64,000 bases of DNA from Candidatus Aenigmatarchaeota archaeon (GTDB lineage Archaea > Aenigmatarchaeota > Aenigmatarchaeia > GW2011-AR5): the NCBI GenBank assembly GCA_016198685.1, contig JACQID010000004.1:37160-101159 (forward strand), given 5' to 3'. Below are positions 1 to 10,116 of the stretch, in pieces (within the stretch, counting starts at the first letter, position 1; the number at the start of each line of letters is the position of its first letter). Both the position numbers and the translations under genes were made by a program. The notes under the pieces are model-generated. The model saw only the letters and a list, made by a program, of their open reading frames with translations, did not search any database and was not told where the DNA came from.

Positions 1-410
1 CGCTTATTGGAGGCATTCGTTCGGTCATTTTACCTTCCATGTCGGATATTCCACCTTTTGTTCCTGCGCCCGCCAATATAATTGATGCTCTTGTAGCGTT
101 TACTGCCGGTTATCTTTCTCATGCGCCTTTGACTCTTCTTTTGCCGTTACTCCTTCTTTTGAAAATTTTAGCCAATGCCCGGATAGAGAAAACGATTTAC
201 GATAAACCCATCAATATAACGGAAGCCGTAGCTAAATTCATTTTTAATGTGATTTTTATTTACTTCTTCGGAAATCAAATAAACGCGCTTGTGAGTTGAT
301 GTAAGGCTAATGCGGAGATTAGTTAGGTGTTTTGAATCATTCAACTGTTGTAGTATTGGATCCTGCGGCTCTTAAAAATTGAATATAAAAAAGAAAGAAA
401 ATACTCGCAC

Positions 411-818
411 TCAAGATCTTTCATGTGTAAGGCTATGAAAATGTTTTTCCCTTGCAACCTGAATGAACAGAGTATTCACAGCTGCTATATGTTCTGGCAG
501 TAAGGCAGTCGTTGCATAGATACTTTCAATTGCCGTTTTGCATTTGCTGTATACATCGGCAAATTCGGCTATTGTCGGATCTATCTTTGTTGTTTCTGCG
601 CCTTGGGGTTGTGGCTGCTGTTCTGGTTGTTCTTCTGCACTCCAGCCGCATTTTGTATGTCGCTGCCATGATTTAGGTATCCATCCTTCACATTTTGGGC
701 AGTTCTTCCATTTCTGCTTCTGCTGAGGTGCTAGTGTTTGTTGCGGCATTGTTTCATCTCTTCTTACACTCCGGAAAAGAAGTAAATTTTGGAGCTGGTA
801 AACATATTCACTCATCAA
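411..818 (-). CDS. hypothetical small Cys-containing protein (CPKC motif)
   Basis: 135-aa ORF; CxxC pair suggests a zinc-ribbon-like element; no recognisable family. Confidence 0.3.
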   Translation of the reverse strand: MMSEYVYQLQNLLLFRSVRRDETMPQQTLAPQQKQKWKNCPKCEGWIPKSWQRHTKCGWSAEEQPEQQPQPQGAETTKIDPTIAEFADVYSKCKTAIESIYATTALLPEHIAAVNTLFIQVAREKHFHSLTHERS

Positions 819-930
819 AATATTTAAAATTATAGAGATTTTGCGAAGAAAATACCATGGAATGCAGGCGAAGAAACGTGATGACGGGAATTTTGGCGGG
901 GTTAGTGAATATTTTTGTTTTCAGGCGCGT

Positions 931-1452
931 TCAGGCTCTGCATTCGCTGCAGAGGAACTTGCTGTCCAGTTCTTCGACGTCGTCAGAGTAGTTCCCGCAC
1001 GACTCGCATTCCGAGAACTCCATCCGCTCCTGTTCCGCTTCCGGCTCGGAAATAGTCTGCATTTTTTCAAGGAGGATCTCAAAGAGCGAAGGCTGAACCT
1101 TCAGTATATCCGTAGCGGTCACGATCCCCACTATCTTGTCGCCGTCCAGCACCGGGAGCTTTTCTATGTTTTTCTCGGCAAGCAGCTTGGCAGCCTGTTC
1201 AATCGTCTTGTTGGGCGATATCGTTATCACGGGAGAAGTGGCTATGTCCTTTACATGGCTTCCCTTTCCTTCAGCGACATGTTTGTATATTATGTCCGTG
1301 GCCGTAATGATGCCTATCGGATAACCTTTTATGAGCAGTGACCCTATTTTTTTATCCTTCATTACCTTTGCCGCATGGGTTATCGTGTCTTCTAATGCGA
1401 CCGTTTCCACGCCCTTGTTCATGATTTCCCGTACTGTTGGATATAATTTCAT
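931..1452 (-). CDS. CBS-domain pair protein with C-terminal CxxC...CxxC zinc ribbon
   Basis: Two CBS-like repeats (..IGIITATDII.. and ..IVGIVTATDIL..). C-terminal CESCG...CSEC. Start moved to the internal MKLYPTVREIM, because the ORF-track N-terminal extension looks non-coding. Confidence 0.6.
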   Translation of the reverse strand: MKLYPTVREIMNKGVETVALEDTITHAAKVMKDKKIGSLLIKGYPIGIITATDIIYKHVAEGKGSHVKDIATSPVITISPNKTIEQAAKLLAEKNIEKLPVLDGDKIVGIVTATDILKVQPSLFEILLEKMQTISEPEAEQERMEFSECESCGNYSDDVEELDSKFLCSECRA

Positions 1453-1720
1453 ACTGACCCTTGTGTAAAACATGGCGAGATTCTTCTTAAAGCTGAATTC
1501 CTTGCGTTGTCGCGGAGCTATTGCGCTCACGAAGTGGAGGAGCCCCGTAAATCGTGCAGGACCTGAGTTTTCTTGATGGATACCTTTCGACGGGAAAGGA
1601 AACATTCTGTTTGGCGCACTTGATGTCCCATTATTACGTATTCATGCGGCACGGCGAAACGGAGTTCTGCAGAAGGTGCACGGCGCGAGGGATAGCTTAG
1701 TACTCCCCGTATATTAATTG

Positions 1721-2581
1721 TTATATGTTTCCGTACAAGGCGTCAAAATTTTTAGAGATGCTGTCCAATATATAGCCAAGTTTAGCCGCGGGTATCTGCG
1801 GCACGTACATCTCCATTACGGCGTCGTCTGGCATATGGTTTAAAAGCCGTCTAGATTCCCTTTTCGTAAGCATATCTCCTCTTTCATTTACTATCTGAAT
1901 AATGCCTTCCCGAATCGCGTTTTTCAATTTCTTGTCCCTTTGAAGAAATACGCGTCTTGTAAGACGATCTCTTGTGGTTGATGAACTATCATCCCTTTTC
2001 CCCATATATACTAATGCAGAACGAACACGCGGCTTAGGATAGAAGGATTCTGGGGGAATTGATTCATGAATGCGCACATCATAAATTGAACGAAGCATCA
2101 TAGCAAGTTTTGTATAGTCGTTGTCTTCAGAAGACGATATAATACGGGTGACAAAATCTAGTGGCAAGATAAGACTGGAGGCAGCAGGCTCCTGAACAAA
2201 AAGTTTCTGTAAAAGTGGTTCAGAAATCCGGTATGGCACATTCGACATGAATTTGTGGGCGGCTGGCCACGGGACGCGAAGAGCATCTCCTGTTATAAGA
2301 TAGAAATTGTGATAGGATGCCAACTCTTTCGACAACAATTCACTAAATCTTGGATCTTTTTCTATTGCATATAATGAATGTGGCATGTCGTTAAGGGCCA
2401 ATCTTGCAAGATTTCCGTATCCCGGTCCCACTTCGAGAACATTATCATAGGAAGTTATCCCGAGTAAATAGACAGTTTCTCTGGATACCGCCGAATCAAT
2501 AAGGAAGTGCTGGTCCAGATTGACCGTGTCTTGCGATATGCGATTGTATGCTATTTTATCGGAACCGTCTGGAATTGTCAT
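1721..2581 (-). CDS. ksgA: 16S rRNA (adenine1518/1519-N6)-dimethyltransferase KsgA/Dim1
   Basis: Motifs QHFLID, VLEVGPGYGNL, SNVPYRIS and PPESFYPKPRVRSALV align to the archaeal Dim1/KsgA signature. Confidence 0.7.
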   Translation of the reverse strand: MTIPDGSDKIAYNRISQDTVNLDQHFLIDSAVSRETVYLLGITSYDNVLEVGPGYGNLARLALNDMPHSLYAIEKDPRFSELLSKELASYHNFYLITGDALRVPWPAAHKFMSNVPYRISEPLLQKLFVQEPAASSLILPLDFVTRIISSSEDNDYTKLAMMLRSIYDVRIHESIPPESFYPKPRVRSALVYMGKRDDSSSTTRDRLTRRVFLQRDKKLKNAIREGIIQIVNERGDMLTKRESRRLLNHMPDDAVMEMYVPQIPAAKLGYILDSISKNFDALYGNI

Positions 2582-2598
2582 TTGTACACCGTATTATT

Positions 2599-3504
2599 CT
2601 AAAACATGGCATCGCCATAGCGACTCTGCCAGCTTCGCCCGCCGCCTCTTGGTTTGTGACTGCCGCCCCATATCCTTTTGGGCTTGGCAGAAGACAAATA
2701 TTCGAAAAATCTGGTAAATTCATAGCTTGTCAGGGCATCTACCCTTTTGTCCATATAGGGGTTTTCAGCTCGCGTTTCCTGAACATATCTATCTATTCCG
2801 GCGTCCTGTTCTTCGGTATACTGACTCAAAGCCGCACGAAAGGCATCTTGAAGGGGCCGTTTATTCTGGTCCCAAACGCACCTCAAAGTGAATAGTGGGA
2901 AATCCTTCTTCATAGACATTTTTTCCCGGGGATATAGTCCGACTAATACAGCGTTTGTTGAAGGTTCAGGATCGAAGCTTTCGCTCCCGACGTCCATTAA
3001 ATGTTCGGGACTGAAGTAGGCATTGGTGAGAAGTCCCAGTCTTGTATCTTTTCTTCTGCAGGCGGAATTCGCGAAATTTTCCCCTACCAACAGGAAGGAA
3101 GGAGCAGGTTTTCCGTTAAATAACTTCATCATTAGCGGCTCCGTTATGTTGAACGGGATATTGCCGACCATCTTATCGTGTTTCGGAAACCTTGCAGTTA
3201 TGGCATCTCCGTAAATCACGGAAACATTGGGGTGTTCCCTCTGCACATCTTCGAGGTATTGACGCATTCGAGCGTCCTTTTCTATAGCCACTACCCGGCC
3301 TGCGAACAAGGCAATTTCACGAGTAATTGACCCCTTTCCCGGGCCGATTTCTAATGCAGTTTCATAGGAATCTACATCGGCATGAAGAACCATCTGCCTC
3401 GGAATTTCACTATCTACTAGGAAGTGCTGATTTAGGACTTCTGTCTGGTTAGACGTTGTCATATGATAACCGCAATTAACATCCAGACAAACTTTATAAA
3501 CCAT
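2599..3504 (-). CDS. KsgA/Erm-family rRNA adenine N6-methyltransferase paralog (divergent, C-terminally extended)
   Basis: NQHFLVDS, LEIGPGKGSIT, GNIPFNIT, SESFDPEPSTNAVLV. Tandem with ksgA but only about 30% identical by eye. Extra ~60-aa Gly/Arg-rich C-terminal tail. Confidence 0.55.
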   Translation of the reverse strand: MVYKVCLDVNCGYHMTTSNQTEVLNQHFLVDSEIPRQMVLHADVDSYETALEIGPGKGSITREIALFAGRVVAIEKDARMRQYLEDVQREHPNVSVIYGDAITARFPKHDKMVGNIPFNITEPLMMKLFNGKPAPSFLLVGENFANSACRRKDTRLGLLTNAYFSPEHLMDVGSESFDPEPSTNAVLVGLYPREKMSMKKDFPLFTLRCVWDQNKRPLQDAFRAALSQYTEEQDAGIDRYVQETRAENPYMDKRVDALTSYEFTRFFEYLSSAKPKRIWGGSHKPRGGGRSWQSRYGDAMF

Positions 3505-3563
3505 AGTCTGGTATCTGCCTTCTGACCGCAGAGTCTTTTTATTTTTTCGGGATAACCAATTAT

Positions 3564-4250
3564 ATGCAAAAAATCGTTTCTCTCGTTTCCGGTGGCATGG
3601 ATTCCTGCACTACAATGGCGAAAGCAGCGATGGATGGAAATCATATATATCCATTATTTTTTAATTATGGCCAAAAATCCGCCAAAATGGAGGTTACAGC
3701 GGCCCAGAATTACATCAACGAATTGAGAAAACGGTCAGTGAATATAAATACGCTTCAAATAGTGACGATTTCGATGCCGTTTCTGAGAGTTGCGCTCACG
3801 GGAACAGGAAACATTACAAAGGCGGCGGACAAAGACTTTCATTCCATGGAATCGAAGAAGATAGATTGGGTGCCGGCCAGAAATGTAATTTTCCTTACTA
3901 TTGCCAGTTCATACTGCGAAATTGTAAAGGCGCGATGCATTACCATAGGCGCTTATAAGGAGGACGAAATGCCGCCGTATCCAGATTCGTCCCGGGAGTT
4001 TTTCGATTCCATGGAAATATCGTTGAGTAGAGGCATTTATGGCGACAAATTTGAAATAAGAACTCCGTTTTTGCATAATTTCAAATGGGATATGATAACA
4101 TTTTCGAAGGCTAACGGGCTTCCGGTTGATGTGACGTGGTCGTGCTATGAATCCGGAGAGAAGCATTGTGGGGCATGCAGAAATTGTCTCGACAGAAAGA
4201 ACGCCTTTGAAAAGGTCATGGCGCCGGACGTCACAGAGTATGTCGTCTGA
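3564..4250 (+). CDS. queC: 7-cyano-7-deazaguanine (preQ0) synthase QueC
   Basis: SGGMDS PP-loop, WVPARN, C-terminal zinc site CYESGEKHCGACRNC. Confidence 0.8.
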   Translation: MQKIVSLVSGGMDSCTTMAKAAMDGNHIYPLFFNYGQKSAKMEVTAAQNYINELRKRSVNINTLQIVTISMPFLRVALTGTGNITKAADKDFHSMESKKIDWVPARNVIFLTIASSYCEIVKARCITIGAYKEDEMPPYPDSSREFFDSMEISLSRGIYGDKFEIRTPFLHNFKWDMITFSKANGLPVDVTWSCYESGEKHCGACRNCLDRKNAFEKVMAPDVTEYVV

Positions 4251-5048
4251 TCAGTTTCTAAATTTTTTCCTGACAGAATAGACATCAAAGAGTGCTTGGG
4301 ATACCCATCCGAGAGTATATGCCGAGTTCCATGCAAGCATGTAGGCCGCTACATCTAAGCCTTTTTTTGATGCTATGTCGATTTCCTTATCGTAAAACGC
4401 ACCCAGACCCTTCATCAGGTTTTTTTCCACGCCAATGCGTTTTCCTACGCCATATCTCCATGCGCTCCGTAAATCTGTACAGGGTGTTAGTGGCGGATGA
4501 TTTATGGTAGCCTCTACTATGTAGTTTATAGGTATATCATTTATCTGAACCCGGCGATCGAATTCGGCATCTTCCACCCAGTGGATATCCCTGTCGTACA
4601 GATAGCCCCCTATATCACTTTTTATAGATCTTCGCATGGCCAGTGGAGGTTTATAGGCGGTGATTCTGTCCGATGTTGTGTATTCTCTCGCTCTGGCTAT
4701 TACATGACTAGGGTAACCCTTGGTTTGGAAAAGAACCCTGCCTTTTGCGAGTTTATAACCCTCGAGACCCTCGTAGAGCATCCGTATTGTTCCGGGATTG
4801 AATGTGCAATCCGAGTCTATAAGCAGAACCCTTTCGTTCGATGCCGCATGTATACCTTCATCAAGAGCCGCGCCCAAGTTCCTCTCGGCAAGTTCACATG
4901 AATCCCTGCCAGATTCTTTAACTATCCGTTTTATGTCTGGAGTGGGGCCATTCATAGAAACGATTACTTCCACATCTTCATCGATGCTCTGGAGACAGTC
5001 CCTTAAGCGCAGATCGTTGGCGACAGGAATTATGATCGATATGTCCAT
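4251..5048 (-). CDS. family-2 glycosyltransferase
   Basis: N-terminal IIIPVAND...DSDC (DxD) GT-A fold signature. Abuts the queC stop with zero gap. Confidence 0.6.
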   Translation of the reverse strand: MDISIIIPVANDLRLRDCLQSIDEDVEVIVSMNGPTPDIKRIVKESGRDSCELAERNLGAALDEGIHAASNERVLLIDSDCTFNPGTIRMLYEGLEGYKLAKGRVLFQTKGYPSHVIARAREYTTSDRITAYKPPLAMRRSIKSDIGGYLYDRDIHWVEDAEFDRRVQINDIPINYIVEATINHPPLTPCTDLRSAWRYGVGKRIGVEKNLMKGLGAFYDKEIDIASKKGLDVAAYMLAWNSAYTLGWVSQALFDVYSVRKKFRN

Positions 5049-5061
5049 TTAAAATTACTAT

Positions 5062-5739
5062 ATGTCAATGATTATATGCATGGTATTTAACAATACTGTT
5101 ATGGTTTTTGCCGCTCACCCGGACGACGAATCTATAGGATGCGGGGGTAGTATGGCCAAGTATGCTAGTCAGGGACGTCGACTGTTTCTGACATGCATGA
5201 CATCATCGAATTCGCAAGACGCGAGAGAGATACGCGAAACGGAAGCCCATAATGCTGCCAAAAAATTGGGTGTGGAAGAGTTGTTCTTTCTTCGAGAACC
5301 CGATAGATTTCTTGAGTATAATAGAAATGCATTGATACCCACAATCAACCTCCTAAGGCGAACGCGACCGGATTATATATTCATTCCGCATCCCGATGAG
5401 CATGATCGTGACCATAGGTCTGCATACGACATAAGTAGCGAAGCCGCATGGTTGTCTTCAAGTCCTTATATGCCGGAATTGGGCAAGCCCTGCGATATCA
5501 AAGGCATATTTATGTATGAAGTATGGACACCAATACAACACCCTCAATATTTTGAAGATATTACAGGATTTGTCCAACAAAAGAGGAGTGCCATAGAGTG
5601 CTATGGGTCGCAGATATCGCATGTCAATTATGCGGATGCGGCTATCGGCCTGAATAAATTTCGGGGCATAATGAGTGGTACAGGTGATTTTTCCGAGGCA
5701 TTTCTGATAAAGCGTTTAAGAGATGTCTGTATGAAATGA
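5062..5739 (+). CDS. LmbE/PIG-L family N-acetylglucosaminyl de-N-acetylase
   Basis: AHPDDESIGCGG zinc-binding motif near the N-terminus, HPDEHDRDH later. The true start may be the internal MVFNNTV or MVFAAHP. Confidence 0.65.
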   Translation: MSMIICMVFNNTVMVFAAHPDDESIGCGGSMAKYASQGRRLFLTCMTSSNSQDAREIRETEAHNAAKKLGVEELFFLREPDRFLEYNRNALIPTINLLRRTRPDYIFIPHPDEHDRDHRSAYDISSEAAWLSSSPYMPELGKPCDIKGIFMYEVWTPIQHPQYFEDITGFVQQKRSAIECYGSQISHVNYADAAIGLNKFRGIMSGTGDFSEAFLIKRLRDVCMK

Positions 5740-5743
5740 TGCC

Positions 5744-6445
5744 ATGAATGGCGTTACCTGGGTGAAGAATATACTGCATACGACATATACCAAAATTTCC
5801 AATGATTTTATAAGGTCGGACCTTTCGACAAACAAATACGCTCCTGCGGAGAATGTTATAAAGACCCTGAGAGAGTCTATACCCAGAATTTCGGCGTATC
5901 CCGACAGGAATTGGTCGTTATTGACGAAGAAAATAGAAAGTTATACGGGAATTTCGGACGATCATATGTTGACGACCAATGGTCTCAAAAAGGCAATAAT
6001 CTCATTGTAATGAGAAATTTCTCAAATCTTTTGGTCTGGCCGGTATGCGGCTGGGATACATCATAGCGCATCCTGAAACGGTAGACATGTTGCTGCGGTT
6101 GAGGCGCCATCGAGAGTCAATATGATGGTGCAACGCGCGGCCATAGCTTGCAATGATAGCGTTGATTATTATGCAAGCACATGGGTAAAAGCGAAAAAGA
6201 CGGTAAAGAGACTTGTAGATGAATTGACCGTTATTGGACTATATGCCGAACCTTCTGCAACGAATTTTGTGTATATCAGAACTTCTCGCGCGGAGGCAAT
6301 ATTTTACCATCTCTGGAAAAATAAAATCTCGGTGTTCCCTTCATGGGACTCCGAATTTATAGATGCGGATCGCGATGGGCTCAGAATAGTCGCTGGCCTG
6401 CCGGACGAGAATATCGCATTATTGAAAGCATTGAAAACCATGTAA
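5744..6445 (+). pseudogene. class I/II (HisC-like) aminotransferase remnant with frameshifts and an internal deletion
   Basis: N-terminal piece (frame of 5744) carries DLSTNKYAPAE. A middle piece 6009-6124 in a different frame carries the PLP-lysine motif KSFGLAGMRLGY. C-terminal piece 6122-6445 returns to the first frame. Total about 233 aa versus ~350 expected. Confidence 0.5.
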
Positions 6446-6457
6446 GGCGGCATGATT

Positions 6458-8158
6458 CTATTTCTCAATCATGAAATCACCGATGAAAAGGTAATCCATG
6501 CCGCTTCCATACATAGTGCGTAGTGCATCTCTGGGACTACATACAAGCGCCTCTCCTTTTACATTAAGGGAAGTGTTGACGACTACCGGAACACCCGTGA
6601 TTTCGCCCACATTTTCTATGAGTTTCCTATATCTGGGATTGCTTTTTTTATCAACCGTCTGAGGCCTAGTTGTACCATCTACGTGAACTACCGCAGGTAT
6701 ATCTCCGGCCCGATCTTTGCGGACATCAAATCCTAATATCATATATGGTGAAGAATGCGGTTGTTCCAGATAATTGGCCGCCGCTTCATCGAGCATCGAA
6801 GGGCCAAATGGCCTGTACCACTCTCTGTATTTTACTGCTTCATTCAGTCTGTTTTTCATATCAGGATTTCTTGGGTCGGCAAGTATGCTTCTGTTGCCCA
6901 ATGCTCTGGGTCCCCATTCCATGCCACCTTGAAACCAGCCTACTATTTTTCCGTTTGTGATAAGCTGCGCGGCCATGCCTTCGGGATCATCTTGGTATTT
7001 GAATGGTATCTTGAGCGATAGTAGCTCCCTTTCAATGGCTTCTTCTGAGAATGCCGGCCCCAGATAGACATTCGGAATAATTGTTCTGGCGTTGTATCCC
7101 AGTCGGGAATAGAGCTCTAGAGCGGCGCCCATACTGCATCCCGCGTCATTGGCAGCCGGTTGGATAAATATATCATCCACAATACCGGAACGCAATATCT
7201 TGCCGTTGGCGACGCAATTCAATCCCACACCCCCGGATAGTGACAGGTTCTTAGAGCCAGTTTCTTCAACAGCAATTTTGGCAAGATATAACATCATATC
7301 TTCGACTATGGCTTGTGCCGAAGCGGCGGCATCCATATAAACCGGGGTCATGATAGTTTCACGCGCGAATTTTTTCGCATCTTGGTCATAGATGAATGAA
7401 GGCGCATTGGCCCTTCCAAATCGGCTGGAGAATAATTTTACCCATTGCTCGCGTATTTGGGTTTCTTCATCGCTGACTCCGTCTTTTCCAAGTACTATTC
7501 CCGACCTGTTTATATTGGACCTATAGCTTTTGCCGTTAGTTGTGAAAGCGTCTGACAGTGACATTCTTCGTCTGCCGTATGCTGCAAGCCCCATAGTCTT
7601 GCCAGGTTCGTTGGGTTCTAAGCCCACGAATCCCGTCGAGGCCTCGTAAAAATATCCCAATGAATCAGGTATGCCTATTTTTCTGACTAATTTTATTTGG
7701 TTTCCGTCTCCATACCACAAGGAAGTGGAGACGTCTTCGCCCTGCCCGTCCGCCACTACAATGGCGCTTTTGTCGTAGCCCGAGACTCGGAATGCGCTTG
7801 AAGCATGCGACAAATGATGCTCGATGAAAGAAATCCGCGGAGATTTACCATAATCAAACATTGTTCTGGGGAATATTTGTTCTGGGAGAGTACTTTCATC
7901 TAGGCGGTCCGTCATGCCTCTAATTTTATAATGATACGGCCAGTCCCAGTAAACCGCTACATGATCTATTTCGTTGACTCCTATGCCGGCGACATCAAGG
8001 CAGTACTTGATGGAATTATGAGGCAATGTGTCGTATGAATACTTTTTTCTGATCAGTTTTTCCTCTTCTACCGCAGCTACAATTTTGCCGTCTTTTAGAA
8101 GCGTTGCCGACGCATCATGACCTCTATCGTTCCAGCCTGCAATACCAAGTATGTACAT
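6458..8158 (-). CDS. NodU/CmcH/TobZ-family carbamoyltransferase (Kae1-like fold)
   Basis: MYILGIAGWNDRGHDASATLL...IVAAVEEEK N-terminus and HHLSHASSAF hallmark. 566 aa. Start set at MYILGIAG. Confidence 0.7.
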   Translation of the reverse strand: MYILGIAGWNDRGHDASATLLKDGKIVAAVEEEKLIRKKYSYDTLPHNSIKYCLDVAGIGVNEIDHVAVYWDWPYHYKIRGMTDRLDESTLPEQIFPRTMFDYGKSPRISFIEHHLSHASSAFRVSGYDKSAIVVADGQGEDVSTSLWYGDGNQIKLVRKIGIPDSLGYFYEASTGFVGLEPNEPGKTMGLAAYGRRRMSLSDAFTTNGKSYRSNINRSGIVLGKDGVSDEETQIREQWVKLFSSRFGRANAPSFIYDQDAKKFARETIMTPVYMDAAASAQAIVEDMMLYLAKIAVEETGSKNLSLSGGVGLNCVANGKILRSGIVDDIFIQPAANDAGCSMGAALELYSRLGYNARTIIPNVYLGPAFSEEAIERELLSLKIPFKYQDDPEGMAAQLITNGKIVGWFQGGMEWGPRALGNRSILADPRNPDMKNRLNEAVKYREWYRPFGPSMLDEAAANYLEQPHSSPYMILGFDVRKDRAGDIPAVVHVDGTTRPQTVDKKSNPRYRKLIENVGEITGVPVVVNTSLNVKGEALVCSPRDALRTMYGSGMDYLFIGDFMIEK

Positions 8159-8206
8159 ACAAATAACACGATTTTTTATTCTTAAACATCTTCGCATATT
8201 GTCATT

Positions 8207-8980
8207 ATGGGGAAAGGTGTTGATGCATCGTTTTGGGATAAAGTGGGTTCGGAGATAGGATACGACTTTACATCATTGCGCTTATACCGCGAAGGCGAAA
8301 ATTGTGAGGAAAAATTCAGGCGACTTGTCACGAATAATATCTGCCAAAACAGCGTAGCAATTGACATAGGGGTCGCTGACGGCTCGTTTGATATTAGTTT
8401 ATCCGATAAGCTGAAATTTATCGTAGGCATTGACACTTCTACAAAAATGATTGAAAAAGCGCGCCAAAAACTCGCGATTTCCGGATCAAGAAACGTATTC
8501 TTATCCATCTCGGACGGTAGGGAATTACCGTTTGCTGATGCACAATTTGACATTTCGATTAGTAGGAGAGGACCCAGTACTTCCAGCATGGAATTTCTTC
8601 TGGAAACCAAGCGTATTTTGAACAGGGGCGGGATATTTCTAGAGATAACTATAGGTGAGAAAGACAAAGAAAATATAAAGAGAATATTCGGAAGAGGGCA
8701 GAATTATACGGCGCTGATGGCAGGCAGAAGCGAAATGTTAAGAAAAAAGGCCATGCTGCAAAAAGCGGGTTTCGTGGACATAGAAGTGAGTGAAATGAAT
8801 TCGGCGGAATTCTACGAGTCCGTGGAGGATATTATGTTTCTCCTTCGCAACACCCCGATAATTCCCGACTTTAACAGGATTAATGACATGGAGTATATTC
8901 ATAAACTGATGAAAGACGCAAAAACGGAGAGGGGAATACGCACGAATAGCCATCGAATTATCATATCGGCAAGGAAATGA
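8207..8980 (+). CDS. class I SAM-dependent methyltransferase
   Basis: Motif I AIDIGVADGSFD, motif post-I, Rossmann MTase layout. Confidence 0.55.
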   Translation: MGKGVDASFWDKVGSEIGYDFTSLRLYREGENCEEKFRRLVTNNICQNSVAIDIGVADGSFDISLSDKLKFIVGIDTSTKMIEKARQKLAISGSRNVFLSISDGRELPFADAQFDISISRRGPSTSSMEFLLETKRILNRGGIFLEITIGEKDKENIKRIFGRGQNYTALMAGRSEMLRKKAMLQKAGFVDIEVSEMNSAEFYESVEDIMFLLRNTPIIPDFNRINDMEYIHKLMKDAKTERGIRTNSHRIIISARK

Positions 8981-8981
8981 T

Positions 8982-9740
8982 TCATCTGCCCCTATCCGAC
9001 CCCCATAGAAGAATATGTAATCTCGGCGTGAATCCGTATCCAGATGCTTTGCACGTCTCCACGATGAACCGGGATCTGCGGAGTACATCCTCACGTGTCG
9101 TGCCCTCCGGCATTAATAGGACCTTGTTTTTTTGGATTTTGTAACGCGCGACAATATCGTTGATTCCGTAGATATCGTTCTCAGAGCAAACTACAAATTT
9201 AAACCATGCGGTATTAGCATTTGAAAAAAAGGACAGAGCTGCGGCATTTTCTCTCATAATAGCCCTGTTTCCAGAGGATTCGAGTTTGGGCGAAACATTC
9301 CATTGTTTTATGCTGGCAGAAAAGAGCTCATTTGGGACTATGGTGCCGTTCGTTTCCGTTTCGATATAGTAGCCTAATTCATTAACACAGTTTAGGAATT
9401 TCAAGAGCTCCGGATCTTTTTGCTGCAGCAATGGTTCCCCGCCTGTAAGTACTATGCGTTTACAGTCAAATTTCTCTATAGTTTGTATTAACTCTTCGGA
9501 TAGCATATCGATACTTTCTTTGAAGGGGTGATAGAGTTTGGTATCCTCTCTGGGGGCGGAAGAATTGTCCGTAGTAGCCTTCTCAACGTTCTTTAGCATT
9601 TGTTTGCTGAAAAGCCATGTATATTTTGTGTCGCACCACCAGCAATGTAAATTGCATGAAGAAAGCCGGATAAAAATCGAAGGAATGCCGAGAGAGCGAC
9701 CTTCGCCTTGCACGGAATAGAATACTTCATTTACCTTCAT
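8982..9740 (-). CDS. queE: 7-carboxy-7-deazaguanine synthase QueE (radical SAM)
   Basis: FYSVQGEG and CNLHCWWCDT cluster typical of QueE. Start set at MKVNEVF. Confidence 0.75.
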   Translation of the reverse strand: MKVNEVFYSVQGEGRSLGIPSIFIRLSSCNLHCWWCDTKYTWLFSKQMLKNVEKATTDNSSAPREDTKLYHPFKESIDMLSEELIQTIEKFDCKRIVLTGGEPLLQQKDPELLKFLNCVNELGYYIETETNGTIVPNELFSASIKQWNVSPKLESSGNRAIMRENAAALSFFSNANTAWFKFVVCSENDIYGINDIVARYKIQKNKVLLMPEGTTREDVLRRSRFIVETCKASGYGFTPRLHILLWGSDRGR

Positions 9741-10116
9741 TGTCTTTCCAGTATTCCGCATATTGATTTTGGGATTCCCAAACCCTTACCCTCTCCAGAT
9801 TTTTGATGCCCTTGTCCTCCAGTTTATGGAATAATATTTTCGAGACATTCTCGGCCGTAGCATTGTTTCCCAGAATGTTATTAAGATGATTGTGGTCAAA
9901 TTCGCTCAGACATGATCGAAGCCCACTTTTTAATTCTATGAAGTCAGAATTTTCTAAAATCCCATTGGAATCTGTAGTTTGACCTGTTACGAACACTTCC
10001 ACTTTATACGTATGTCCGTGGAGGTTTCTGCATTTCCCAGCATGCCCAGGTATGCTATGTGACGCGTCAAAATGGTCCTCTATGCGCAATCGAAACATTA
10101 TAACGTCCCCTCCCAT
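9727..10116 (-). CDS. queD: 6-carboxy-5,6,7,8-tetrahydropterin synthase QueD
   Basis: CRNLHGHTYKVEV (C-x4-HGH zinc motif). 129 aa. Overlaps queE and folE2 as in an operon. Confidence 0.75.
   Translation of the reverse strand: MGGDVIMFRLRIEDHFDASHSIPGHAGKCRNLHGHTYKVEVFVTGQTTDSNGILENSDFIELKSGLRSCLSEFDHNHLNNILGNNATAENVSKILFHKLEDKGIKNLERVRVWESQNQYAEYWKDNEGK

Noticed and set aside
8182-8667. 161-aa minus-strand ORF overlapping the SAM methyltransferase gene
   Set aside because: It lies fully antisense to a gene with clear motifs, it has no motifs of its own, and the genome packing leaves no room for it. Spurious.
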